Assembly (NCBI GenBank): GCA_044344255.1
Contig: JBIJDH010000018.1
Coordinates: 64,001-128,000, forward strand
Direction: 5' to 3'
Origin: Myxococcota bacterium
Lineage (GTDB): Bacteria; Myxococcota_A; UBA796; UBA2385
Length of the DNA: 64,000 nt
The notes beneath the pieces are model-generated. The model worked only from the letters and a program-made list of their open reading frames with translations, ran no database searches and was not told where the DNA came from. The translations under genes and the position numbers were made by a program. Of the stretch, positions 23,830-33,004 are shown piece by piece (position 1 is the stretch's first letter; each line of letters begins with the position of its first letter).

Positions 23830-24372
23830 ATGGCGCTGCCCTCCACCGTGCATGTCTTCGAGATCGACCTCTCCCACGTTGATCGCGGCGTCTACGAGAC
23901 GCTCACCCTCAAGGTGGCGCGGCACCCCTCCGAGACGGTCGAGTACATGCTCACCCGGGTGCTGGCCTACGCCCTCGAGTACGAGGAGGGCATCGCCTTC
24001 TCCCAGGGCTTGAACGCCGACGAGGAGCCGGCCCTCTGGGTGCATGACCTCACCGGGCGCCTGAAGGCCTGGATCGAGGTGGGCACGCCCGAGCCCGCTC
24101 GCCTCCACCGCGCCAGCAAGGCCACCGGGCGGGTGGTGGTCTACTGCCACAAGGACGTTCGGCCCTGGTTCCGCGCCCTGGCCGGCCAGCGGGTGCACGC
24201 GCCCGAGCAGGTGAGCATCATCGAGCTCGACCGTGCCTTCATCACCGCTGTCTCAGCGAAGATCGAGCGCCGTTGCGCCCTCGCGCTGTCGGTGAGCGAG
24301 GGGCAGCTCTACCTCGACCTCGGGGGTGAGTCGTTCACCGTCGCCCTGACCCGCCACGCCCTCCCGGCTTGA
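23830..24372 (+). CDS. yaeQ: YaeQ family protein
   Basis: MALPSTV, VARHPSET.EYM..RVLAYAL, WIEVGTP. Confidence 0.9.
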   Translation: MALPSTVHVFEIDLSHVDRGVYETLTLKVARHPSETVEYMLTRVLAYALEYEEGIAFSQGLNADEEPALWVHDLTGRLKAWIEVGTPEPARLHRASKATGRVVVYCHKDVRPWFRALAGQRVHAPEQVSIIELDRAFITAVSAKIERRCALALSVSEGQLYLDLGGESFTVALTRHALPA

Positions 24373-25642
24373 GGGGCGTAGGGTCGGCGGGGCGGGCGCG
24401 CTTGGGATCGGGGGCGCTGCCTGCCTTCTGGTACTTCTGGACGTTGGTGCGGGAGCGTGGGGGGGCGGCTGGCCGGGGGTCTTGTCCTTCGGCGTCGGGG
24501 CGGCGAGGCGGGCGGCCCTGGAGGCGATCGATCAGGGGCAGATCGCGCTCGGTGACGAGGTTGACGACGAGGCCAGGGCGCCCCGCCCGCGCCGTACGCC
24601 CGACCCGGTGGAGGTAGTTCTTCATCTCGGTGCAGAGGTGCACGTTGATCACCCGCCCCACGAGCGGGAGGTCGAGGCCGCGGGAGCCGAGGTCGGTGGT
24701 GATGAGCAGGTGCACCTCGCCCTTGCGGAAGGACTCGAGGTTGGCTCGCCGCTCCACCTTGTCCATCTCACCGCGGTAGAGCGCGACGGCGTGCCCATTC
24801 GACTTCATCCACTCGGCGAGGACATCGCACTGGTCGCGGGTGTTGGCGAAGAGGATGGTCCCCCCCTCGGTGCGCTCGCGCAGGAGCTGGGCGAGCTCCT
24901 TGAAGCGGTCACCGTCCACGACGGTGCGGTTCACCGTCTTGAGCGAGGCCACCACCCGGTTGCTCCCCTTGGTGCGGAGGATTCGAGGTGCGGGGCCGAA
25001 GAGCCGGGCGATGAGCTCCTCGACCTTGGGGGCGACGGTGGCCGAGAAGAGGGCGAGCTGGCGGCTCGGGGGCGTCTCGGCGATGATCTGGGAGACGTCG
25101 GGGAGGAAGCCGAGGTCGAGCATCTGGTCGACCTCGTCCAGCACCAGCATCCGCACGTCGCTGAGGCGGATGAGCTCGGCCTCGAGCTGCTTCTTGATGC
25201 GCCCCGGCGTGCCGACCAGCACCTCGAAGGGCCCGCTCACGTTGCGGCGCGCGATCTCGGCCGTGGTGCCGCCGAGGGCGCTGCGCACGCGCACGCGGGT
25301 GCCGTGGGTCAGCGTCTTCAGCACCTTGGAGACCTGCTCCCCGAGCTCGCGGGTGGGGACGAGGATGAGCCCGCGCGGCTGGCCGCTGGCCTCCACGGCG
25401 AAGCCGCCGCTCTCCAGTGACTTGCACAGATGGAGCATCGGGAGGCTGTAAGCGAGGGTCTTGCCGCTGCCGGTCTCGGCGATGCCTACCACGGAGCGGC
25501 CCGATCGGAGCTCGGGGATCGCGGCGGCCTGGATCTCCGTCGGCCGCTCCATGCCCTGCTCGGTGAGCGTCGCGACGAGCGAGGGGAGGAGGTCGAACCA
25601 GGCGCTGTTCGCGGCGGTTCGGACGGGGAGGGTGTCAGACAT
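24335..25642 (-). CDS. DEAD/DEAH-box RNA helicase
   Basis: Q motif PTEIQ, AETGSGKT, PTREL, TPGR, LDEVD, SAT, HRVGRTAR. Start taken at ATG 25642. Confidence 0.93.
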   Translation of the reverse strand: MSDTLPVRTAANSAWFDLLPSLVATLTEQGMERPTEIQAAAIPELRSGRSVVGIAETGSGKTLAYSLPMLHLCKSLESGGFAVEASGQPRGLILVPTRELGEQVSKVLKTLTHGTRVRVRSALGGTTAEIARRNVSGPFEVLVGTPGRIKKQLEAELIRLSDVRMLVLDEVDQMLDLGFLPDVSQIIAETPPSRQLALFSATVAPKVEELIARLFGPAPRILRTKGSNRVVASLKTVNRTVVDGDRFKELAQLLRERTEGGTILFANTRDQCDVLAEWMKSNGHAVALYRGEMDKVERRANLESFRKGEVHLLITTDLGSRGLDLPLVGRVINVHLCTEMKNYLHRVGRTARAGRPGLVVNLVTERDLPLIDRLQGRPPRRPDAEGQDPRPAAPPRSRTNVQKYQKAGSAPDPKRARPADPTPLKPGGRGGSGRR

Positions 25643-25748
25643 GTACAGTGACTCCGAAACAATGACGGCGAGCCGCGCCCCGTATCCCGGCGCGAGATAG
25701 CGGGCCGGGAGGGCGAGGCCGCGGCGGCCGTCGAGCGGGGGAGCGGCG

Positions 25749-26417
25749 ATGGAGGTCGGGGTGCTGGTGCCGGCGCGGAACGAGGCCCGCAGCCTCTCCC
25801 GTGTGCTTGGCGGCGTGCGGGCCGCCCTGCCGGGCGCGCGGGTGCTCGTCATCGACGGCCACAGTGAAGACGACACCGTGGCGGTGGCCCTGGCCTTCGG
25901 GGCCGAGGTGCTGCGCCAACCGGGGCGGGGCTACGCCGACGCCCTGGCCGAGGGCTATCGGGCGCTGGCCGGCTGGCCGATCCAGGCCGCCTTGCAGCTC
26001 GACGCCGATGGTCAGCACCCCCCGGAGGCCGCGCCGGGCCTGCTCGCCGCGCTCGCCGACGCGGACGTGGTCTTCGGCAGCCGCCAGGGCACGGGCGTCG
26101 GCGGGGCCCGGCTCCGGCGGGCGGGCTCGGCGCTGCTGTCGGCCTCGGTGGCGCTCGGCACCGGGCGCTGGCTCCACGACGTGATGAGCGGCTATTGGGC
26201 CTGCTCTCCGCGCGCGGTGGCGCTCTTCGCCGAGCGGCTCCCCCGCGACCTCGCCGACGCCAACGCGCGGGTCATCGCGCTGCGGGCGGGCCTCCGGGTG
26301 CTCGAGCGGCCGGTGATCATGGCGCACCGGCTCGAGGGGGAGTCGATGCACGCCGGCTGGGGCGGGCTCCGGAACGGCGCCCGCAGCCTCGGCGCGGTCT
26401 GGCGGGCGGCCCGATGA
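25749..26417 (+). CDS. Glycosyltransferase family 2 (DPM-synthase-like)
   Basis: VPARNEA, IDGHSEDDT, LDADGQH, GSR, DVMSGY. Confidence 0.88.
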   Translation: MEVGVLVPARNEARSLSRVLGGVRAALPGARVLVIDGHSEDDTVAVALAFGAEVLRQPGRGYADALAEGYRALAGWPIQAALQLDADGQHPPEAAPGLLAALADADVVFGSRQGTGVGGARLRRAGSALLSASVALGTGRWLHDVMSGYWACSPRAVALFAERLPRDLADANARVIALRAGLRVLERPVIMAHRLEGESMHAGWGGLRNGARSLGAVWRAAR

Positions 26418-27283
26418 GCGGCGTCCCCGGGGGCCTCGGCGTCTGTATCCAGGCCGGCGGTCGGGGCACCCGCTTGAGCGGCGCGCTCGACGGCGGGCTG
26501 AAGGCCCTGGCCCCCCTCGCCAGGGGGACGCTGCTCTCCTACCAGCTCGGCCGGGCCCGCGCGCTCGCCCCCGAGCGCCTCGTGGTGATCGGCCAGCACC
26601 GAATTGACGCCCTGCGGGCCGCGCTCGGCGTTGAGGCGGAGCTGCTCGTCGAGGCCGTGCCGCTCGACACCGCGGGCGGGCTCGTTCTGCTCCCCGCGGA
26701 GCCCGAGACCTGGCTCGTGGTCAACGTCGATCACGTGGGGGACGTCGATTGGGAGGGCCTCGTCGCCTCCCACCGGGGCGCGGCCACGGCCGTCGTCTAT
26801 GCGCAGCCCCACGAGATCCCGGAGGGGGTGGTAGAGGTCGAGGCCGGGCGGATCGTCCGCTACCGGGAGCGCCCCGTGCTCCGCGTGGACGTGACGGTCG
26901 GGCTCTATGTCTTCTCGCGCGCGGCCCTCCGCCGCGTCCTCCACGGCCAGCCCTGTGGCATGCCGGCCCTGATCGAGGCGCTCGTGCCGGAGGGGGTGGG
27001 CGTGTGGCGTCACCCCGGCACCTGGCTCGACGCCGGCACCCCCGAGCGCCTCGCGCGGGCCGAGCGGTGGCTCGAGGGGCAGGGCTCAGCCGCCGCCGCG
27101 GAGCTCGGGCAGGGAGGCGACGCCGCCGCGACGGGGATCGGCGGAGATCCACCACAGCGCGAGGTTGGTGAGCAGCGGAACCGAGGGCGGGCCGAGGTGC
27201 GTGAGGGCGGTGATCATCGCCCAGAACTCCGCGCGGGTGGGGGCGGGGTCCGGCCGCGCCCGCCCGAAGGGGCCGAGCGGTAG
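26414..27283 (+). CDS. Sugar-phosphate nucleotidyltransferase (NTP_transferase family)
   Basis: QAGGRGTRL, PLDTAGGL, NVD, YRERP, WLDAGTPE; ATGA-coupled to the GT2 gene. The last ~200 bp overlap the convergent gene. Confidence 0.82.
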   Translation: MSGVPGGLGVCIQAGGRGTRLSGALDGGLKALAPLARGTLLSYQLGRARALAPERLVVIGQHRIDALRAALGVEAELLVEAVPLDTAGGLVLLPAEPETWLVVNVDHVGDVDWEGLVASHRGAATAVVYAQPHEIPEGVVEVEAGRIVRYRERPVLRVDVTVGLYVFSRAALRRVLHGQPCGMPALIEALVPEGVGVWRHPGTWLDAGTPERLARAERWLEGQGSAAAAELGQGGDAAATGIGGDPPQREVGEQRNRGRAEVREGGDHRPELRAGGGGVRPRPPEGAER

Positions 27284-28222
27284 GCAGAGCAGCGCGCCCT
27301 CGTCGTCCCTCCGGCGGTGGGCGGCGTCGCTGAGGATGTGCCGGGCGGTCTCCGCCGTGTCGGCGGCCATCCAGATCCCGGGATCGAGGCGGATGAGCTC
27401 GCGGGTGACGCCGAGGAGCTGCTCGGCCACGGGCTGCACCCCCACCTCCTCGTAGGCCTCCCGGTAGACGTCGAGCTCGGCGAGGCGGCCGCCGCGGCAG
27501 CGCAGGACGTCGTCCCAGTCGAGGGTGCCCGAGCCGCCCGGGCAGAGCTCACCGGCGCGGAAGAGCACGCGGCCCTCGCTGCGCCGCTGTACGACCAGGG
27601 CCCCGTCGGCGCTGAAGAGGAGGATGCCGGTGCCGACGGTGTTGGCGAGGTCAGAGTCCTCGAGCGGGCGCAGCCGGCCCCCCCGGGTCTCCTCTCCGCG
27701 CAGGGTGCGACCATCGGGGAGCGGGCAGTCGAGGCCGAGGTTGGTGCGGACGTAGTCGGTGTACCGCACGGGCTCCAGGCAGAGGGCCGCGGGCGCGCGG
27801 GCGACACGGCGCAGGCGGGCTGTGCCGTAGCGGGGATCGTAGGGGCGCCGCATGCCGAGGGCGTCGGCCTGGCCGTCCCAGGCCTCGCCGGCCGCCTCGA
27901 CGGGGAGGCGCGGGCGGAAGAGCGGCTCGGCGGCGACCTGCACCGCCACCTCGCCCCCCTCGCCGGGCCTGAAGGGGCCCATCTCGACGACGTGGGGCAG
28001 CACGACCCGCTCGCCGTGGGGGCCCTCGATCCAGAGCAGATCGGCCTGGTGGGGGAGCTGGTCGGGCCAGGGCGGGGCCCAGTCGATGGGCTCGAGCCCA
28101 CCGTCGAGGGGGGGGGCCTCCACGCCCAGCAGGCACCGGGCCGCGCCCAGGCGCTGCCAACGGAGCCGCGACGGGAGGGGTGCGGCGAGGCCGCGCCCCG
28201 GCGGCGACGCGGCCAGGATCAT
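27086..28222 (-). CDS. Nudix-fold protein, NUDT22-like
   Basis: Partial Nudix box REAYEEVGV, preceded by RYTDYVRTN and LANTVGTGILLFSADGALVVQRRS; ATGA-coupled to the sulfotransferase-GT4 gene. Confidence 0.6.
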   Translation of the reverse strand: MILAASPPGRGLAAPLPSRLRWQRLGAARCLLGVEAPPLDGGLEPIDWAPPWPDQLPHQADLLWIEGPHGERVVLPHVVEMGPFRPGEGGEVAVQVAAEPLFRPRLPVEAAGEAWDGQADALGMRRPYDPRYGTARLRRVARAPAALCLEPVRYTDYVRTNLGLDCPLPDGRTLRGEETRGGRLRPLEDSDLANTVGTGILLFSADGALVVQRRSEGRVLFRAGELCPGGSGTLDWDDVLRCRGGRLAELDVYREAYEEVGVQPVAEQLLGVTRELIRLDPGIWMAADTAETARHILSDAAHRRRDDEGALLCLPLGPFGRARPDPAPTRAEFWAMITALTHLGPPSVPLLTNLALWWISADPRRGGVASLPELRGGG

Positions 28223-30177
28223 GGGATGCGAGGGGCCCCGATCACCGCGGCGGAGAGCATCTCGGCCAGCTCGCGCGCCATGCGCTCGTGGCTGAAACGA
28301 GCCCGGGCGCGGTCCTGGGCGGCTGCCCCGAGGCGAGCCCGGGCGGGGGCGTCCTCCGCGAGGCGGAGGGTGGCGGCGGCGAGGGCGGCGGTGTCGCCGG
28401 GGGCGGCGAGCAGGCCGACCTCCTCGTCGATGAGCTCGGCCGCCCCTTCGGTGCGGGTGGCCACCACCGGCAGCCCGGAGGCCATCGCCTCGATGGTGGT
28501 GAGCGGCATGCCCTCCCAGTCCGAGCAGTTGATGAAGAGGTCCGCGGCGCCCAGCAGATCGGCGACGTCGGCGCGCAGGCCGGTCAGCCGCACACGGTCT
28601 TGCAGGCCAGCCGCCTCGATCAGGCCCTCGAGCTCCGCCTGTCGGGTGCCGGTGCCGACGATCGCGAAGCGCAGCTCTGGGGCCTGATCGCGCAAGGTGG
28701 AGGCGATGGAGATGATGTGCTGGTGGGCCTTTTGGGCCTCGAGCCGGCCGACGGCCACCGCGAGGACCTCCCCCGCCTGCCCGCTACCGCCCAGCGCCGC
28801 CCGCGCCGCGGCGCGGAGGGGGCCGGTGCGGCGCCCGAGCGGGCGGAGGTCGACCCCGTTCTGGATGACGGTGCAGCGCTCCGCGGGGAGGCCTGCGGCC
28901 ACGAGCTTGTCGCGGACATCCGGGGAGACCGCGACGACCTGATCGGCCACCCGCAGCAGCGGCCCAACGCGGGCGTACCGCTCGGCCGGCCAGCCATGGG
29001 CGATGTTCACTACGGCCACCCGTCGTTCGGCGGAGGCGAGGCGGCCGATCCAGGTGGTGATGAGCGAGTTGGCCACGATGGCGGCGGGCGCCAGCTCTTC
29101 GACGAGGGCCCGCACCTCGGCCACGGCGAGGGGGAGGTCGGCCCGCACCTTGCGGAGGGCGCAGGTGCGGTGGCTCACCCGCGGGTCGAGGGCCGAGACG
29201 AGGTCGCCCCCCGACGAGGCCACTACCACCGTCGTACCCTGCTCGACCAGCCAATTGGCGACCGTCACGACGTAACGCTCGGCCCCGCCCACCCCGAGGG
29301 TGTTGATGAGCATCAGCACCGGGGAGGGGGGCGGCGGGAGGGCCTGGGCGCGGACGGCCTCGCCCAGGCGCTGGTGCAGGCCCTCGACCAGCGCCCGGAT
29401 CTCCGGGCTGGCGGGTGGGGGGGCGCCGCGCCGCACGGAGTCGGCCCGCACGCGGTCGATGTAGGCGGGGGTGAAGGGCGCGCCCAGGTGAGCGAAGACC
29501 GGCGGGAAGGCGCGGGCCGGCTCCTGGACGAGGTCTTCGTAGCAGGCGAGCCGCATCCGGGGATGTCGGTCGAGGCCGAGGGCGAAGTAGAAGGCGTTGC
29601 GCAGGTACCAGAAGAGCAGCCCCCCCTCCTCGGGGCTGAGGTCGGGGCGCCAGACCGCGCGCAGCGCCTCGGCCACCGCCGCGGGGACCCGCGCCGTGCG
29701 CCAGCCCCAGCTTGGGGAGGTGTCAGACCGGACGACGGCGGTCACCACGTCGCGCTGGTGCTCGCCCCACTTCTCAGTGGCGGAGCGGGTGACATCGTCG
29801 GGGTGCCGGTAGATCCACAGCCCGCGTGCCTCGGGGAAGCGCTCGAGCAGGCGGTCTGCGTCCTGGCTGTCGCAGATCGGCTTGAAGATCTGGGCAGGGG
29901 CGGGGCTGAGGCGCAGGAGCATCCGCAAGGTGTTGTCGGATCTAAGCTGAAAATCGCGAAACGCGGAGTCGTGATTCTCGTGGTAGATGTGGGTGACCGG
30001 GCAGCGGTCGAGCACCCGCATCACCATCTTTGTGCCAGAGCGCTGGCAGCCGAAGACAAAGCTAAGCCGGCGCGGGTGCCCCCAGCCGTACCGGAGCTGG
30101 CGAAGGTGCTTTCCCTGTCGCTGGAGGAAGCCGGGGCCGGACTTCTTCAGATCGGCCAAGCTGCGAGGCAAGCTCAT
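28219..30177 (-). CDS. Sulfotransferase - glycosyltransferase family 4 fusion
   Basis: N-half GCQRSGTKMV (5'-PSB loop), IYRHP, YEDLVQEP; C-half GGAERY, NGVD, GRLEAQKAH, EGMPLTTIEAMASGLPVV. Start at ATG 30177 (or 30246). Confidence 0.88.
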   Translation of the reverse strand: MSLPRSLADLKKSGPGFLQRQGKHLRQLRYGWGHPRRLSFVFGCQRSGTKMVMRVLDRCPVTHIYHENHDSAFRDFQLRSDNTLRMLLRLSPAPAQIFKPICDSQDADRLLERFPEARGLWIYRHPDDVTRSATEKWGEHQRDVVTAVVRSDTSPSWGWRTARVPAAVAEALRAVWRPDLSPEEGGLLFWYLRNAFYFALGLDRHPRMRLACYEDLVQEPARAFPPVFAHLGAPFTPAYIDRVRADSVRRGAPPPASPEIRALVEGLHQRLGEAVRAQALPPPPSPVLMLINTLGVGGAERYVVTVANWLVEQGTTVVVASSGGDLVSALDPRVSHRTCALRKVRADLPLAVAEVRALVEELAPAAIVANSLITTWIGRLASAERRVAVVNIAHGWPAERYARVGPLLRVADQVVAVSPDVRDKLVAAGLPAERCTVIQNGVDLRPLGRRTGPLRAAARAALGGSGQAGEVLAVAVGRLEAQKAHQHIISIASTLRDQAPELRFAIVGTGTRQAELEGLIEAAGLQDRVRLTGLRADVADLLGAADLFINCSDWEGMPLTTIEAMASGLPVVATRTEGAAELIDEEVGLLAAPGDTAALAAATLRLAEDAPARARLGAAAQDRARARFSHERMARELAEMLSAAVIGAPRIP

Positions 30178-30401
30178 GGGGGCTCCATCCGGGCGGGGCT
30201 CGGGCCTATCGCGGGGGCTTTTCGGAGGCACCTCCGGTGGGCGCATCGTCTGCGGTGGCGCGCCCCCTGGTCGGGACTGCGCAGACGAGGGCCGGCGTAA
30301 ACCAATTGTGCGAGGCGGGCCGCGGGGGCGCGCCGCCCAGGAGCGCGGACAGATGAGCGGATAAGCCGTGGCGGCATCCTGGCGACCCGAAGGAACCGCG
30401 C

Positions 30402-31607
30402 GTGCGCTCGAAGCGGAATCGAACCGATGAAGGTCCCGCTCAGCCGGGTCGATCCGCCGACCGCGGTCCCCTGCGCGTCCTCTTGCTGATCACCCGCGCC
30501 GAGCCGGGGGGCGCCCAGGTCCACCTGCTCGAGCTCTGTCGCGGCCTGCTCGGGCGGGTCGAGCTCAGCGTTGGGGTGGGCCAGGAGGGGCCCGACGACA
30601 ACCCCTTCCTGGTCGAGGCCCTGCGCAGCATTGGCGTGACGGTCGAGGTGCTGCCCGACCTCCGGCGCGCGGTCGCGCCGCGGGCCGATCGCGCTGCGCT
30701 GGCCGCCCTCCGCGCCCTGATCCGCGCGCGGCGCCCGCACCTCGTGCACACCCACAGCAGCAAGGCGGGGCTGCTCGGGCGCCTCGCCGCGCGGCTGGAG
30801 GGTGTCCCCGCCGTCCACACGGCCCACGCTTGGTCCTTCTCCGACGGCCTCCCCTGGCGCCAGCGGGGGCCGGCGATCCCGATCGAGGCCCTGGCCGCCT
30901 GCTGGACCCGCCGCTTCATCGTGGTCTCGGAGGCGGACCGCGAGATCGCGCTGCGCTTCGGCGTCGCCCGGGCCGAGCAGGTGCGGGTGGTGCACAACGG
31001 CGTGCCCGAGGTGATCCCGCGAGCGAGGCCCTCCGCCGATGGCGCCCCGGTGATCGGCATGGTCGCCCGGCTCGCTGCGCCGAAGGACCCCCTCACCCTC
31101 CTCCGCGCCCTCGCGCCGCTGCGCGTGCCCTACCGGCTCGACCTCATCGGCGATGGCCCCGAGCGGCCCGCGGTGGTCGCGGAGGTGCAGGCCCTCGGCC
31201 TCGGAGCGCGTGTCCGCATGCTGGGAGACCGGCGGGACGTCCCCGAGCTCCTCGCCGGCATGCAGGTCTTCACCCTGGTGTCCCGGCAGGAGGGCTTCCC
31301 GCTCGTGATCCTCGAGGCGATGCGCGCGGGGCTGCCCGTGGTGGCCTCGGACGTCGGGGGGGTGCGAGAGGCGGTCGCGGAGGGGGTGACCGGCGCCCTC
31401 GTGGCCCGCGGCGACGTCGCAGGCCTTCGGGCGGCCTTCCTCCGCCTGCTCTCCGATCCGGGGCTTCGGGCCCGCCAGGGGCAGGCCGGCCGGCAGGCCT
31501 GGGAGCGCCGCTTCACGGCGGCGCGGATGATCGAGGCGACCTTGAACATATACGGTGAGATCGCCGCTGAAGACGGTCTCCCACTCCCGCGGGCGGGGTC
31601 GCGATGA
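30402..31607 (+). CDS. Glycosyltransferase family 4
   Basis: GGAQVH, HTHSSKAG, VHNGV, EGFPLVILEAMRAGLPVVASDVGG. Start uncertain. Confidence 0.93.
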   Translation: MRSKRNRTDEGPAQPGRSADRGPLRVLLLITRAEPGGAQVHLLELCRGLLGRVELSVGVGQEGPDDNPFLVEALRSIGVTVEVLPDLRRAVAPRADRAALAALRALIRARRPHLVHTHSSKAGLLGRLAARLEGVPAVHTAHAWSFSDGLPWRQRGPAIPIEALAACWTRRFIVVSEADREIALRFGVARAEQVRVVHNGVPEVIPRARPSADGAPVIGMVARLAAPKDPLTLLRALAPLRVPYRLDLIGDGPERPAVVAEVQALGLGARVRMLGDRRDVPELLAGMQVFTLVSRQEGFPLVILEAMRAGLPVVASDVGGVREAVAEGVTGALVARGDVAGLRAAFLRLLSDPGLRARQGQAGRQAWERRFTAARMIEATLNIYGEIAAEDGLPLPRAGSR

Positions 31608-33004
31608 CCATCTTCTCGATCCCGGTTGAACGCCGCGCCCTCCTCTACCTTATCGGAGATGTGCTCCTCTGCTTCATCTCGATCGCCTGGGGACAGTGGC
31701 TGCGCTTTGGGCCCGGCGCGCCGGGCGCTGATCTCCTGACCGTGCTGCATGACACGACCGGCGCCTCCGCGGTCTTCATCGTCACCCACTTGCTCGTGCT
31801 CTACCTCGCCGAGGGTTATGACCTCGATCGCGACTTTCGGCTTCGTATCAACATCTTTCGGATCTGGGTCGCCATCGTCGCCGCCTTCCTGGGCCAGGCG
31901 ATCCTGTTCTACTTGCTGCCGAACTGGTGGTGGGGCCGCGGGATCACCTTCATCAGCAACCTCGTGTTCGCGGTGCTGCTCACCGTCTGGCGGCTGGTGG
32001 CGTCCGCGGTGCGGCCGCGCATGGACTTTCGCCGCCCGACCCTCGTCATCGGAGCGGGGAAGACGGGGCAGCTCATCGCGCAGATGATCCGCGAGCACCC
32101 GGCGCAGGGTGACATTCACGAGCTGGTGGGCTTCCTCGACGACCGCGAGGTGGACACTGGCGCCACCGGCCCCCGCCTCGGCGGCTCGAAGGAGCTCGAG
32201 GAGGTCGTGCGCCGCTACCGGGTGCGCAGCATCGTCGTGGCCGTGCTCTCCGGGATGCAGCCGCACCTCACGGCCCAGCTCCTCTCCTGTAAGGCGGCGG
32301 GCGTGCGGATCGAGGACATGCGGACGGTCTACAAGAGACTGACCGGCAAGGTGCCGATCCACTACCTGTCGGACACCGCGCTCATCTTCGGCCCCGACTT
32401 CTCGGGGGTGCACGGGCTTGGCGGGGCGGTGCAGCGGGTGATCGACGTGGTGCTCGCCCTCATTGGCCTGCTGTTGACGGGCCCCGTGATCGCGCTCGGA
32501 GCCCTCGCGGTCAAGCTCGACTCCCGCGGGCCCGCCTTCTTCCTCCAGGAGCGGGTGGGCCTCAACGAGGTGCCCTTCACGATCATCAAGCTGCGCACGA
32601 TGCGAACCGACGCCGAGCAGGCCACCGGCCCAGTCTGGTCGCAGGGCGCGGGTGACCCGCGGGTCACGAAGGTGGGGCGCTTCCTTCGGCGCTCCCGCAT
32701 CGACGAGCTGCCGCAGTTCTTCAACATCCTGCGCGGGGACATGTCGCTCGTCGGTCCGCGGCCAGAGCGGGAGCACTTCGTCTCTCGCTTGAAGGAGCAG
32801 ATCCCCTTCTATGGCCTGCGCTTCGCCGCCCGCCCTGGGGTCACCGGCTGGGCGCAGGTGAAGTACAGATACGGTGCCAGCGAGGAAGATGCGGCTGAGA
32901 AGCTATGTTATGATCTGTTCGCAATCCAAGAGATGAGCCCGGCGCTCTATCTGCTCGTGGTGGTCAAGACCGTGCAGACCGTCCTGCTACGCCCCGGCTC
33001 TTGA
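31604..33004 (+). CDS. Priming polyprenyl glycosylphosphotransferase (Bac_transf sugar transferase)
   Basis: N-terminal TMs, IGAG fold, QERVG, KLRTM, DPRVT, IDELPQFFNILRGDMSLVGPRPER, PGVTGWAQV. Confidence 0.95.
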   Translation: MTIFSIPVERRALLYLIGDVLLCFISIAWGQWLRFGPGAPGADLLTVLHDTTGASAVFIVTHLLVLYLAEGYDLDRDFRLRINIFRIWVAIVAAFLGQAILFYLLPNWWWGRGITFISNLVFAVLLTVWRLVASAVRPRMDFRRPTLVIGAGKTGQLIAQMIREHPAQGDIHELVGFLDDREVDTGATGPRLGGSKELEEVVRRYRVRSIVVAVLSGMQPHLTAQLLSCKAAGVRIEDMRTVYKRLTGKVPIHYLSDTALIFGPDFSGVHGLGGAVQRVIDVVLALIGLLLTGPVIALGALAVKLDSRGPAFFLQERVGLNEVPFTIIKLRTMRTDAEQATGPVWSQGAGDPRVTKVGRFLRRSRIDELPQFFNILRGDMSLVGPRPEREHFVSRLKEQIPFYGLRFAARPGVTGWAQVKYRYGASEEDAAEKLCYDLFAIQEMSPALYLLVVVKTVQTVLLRPGS

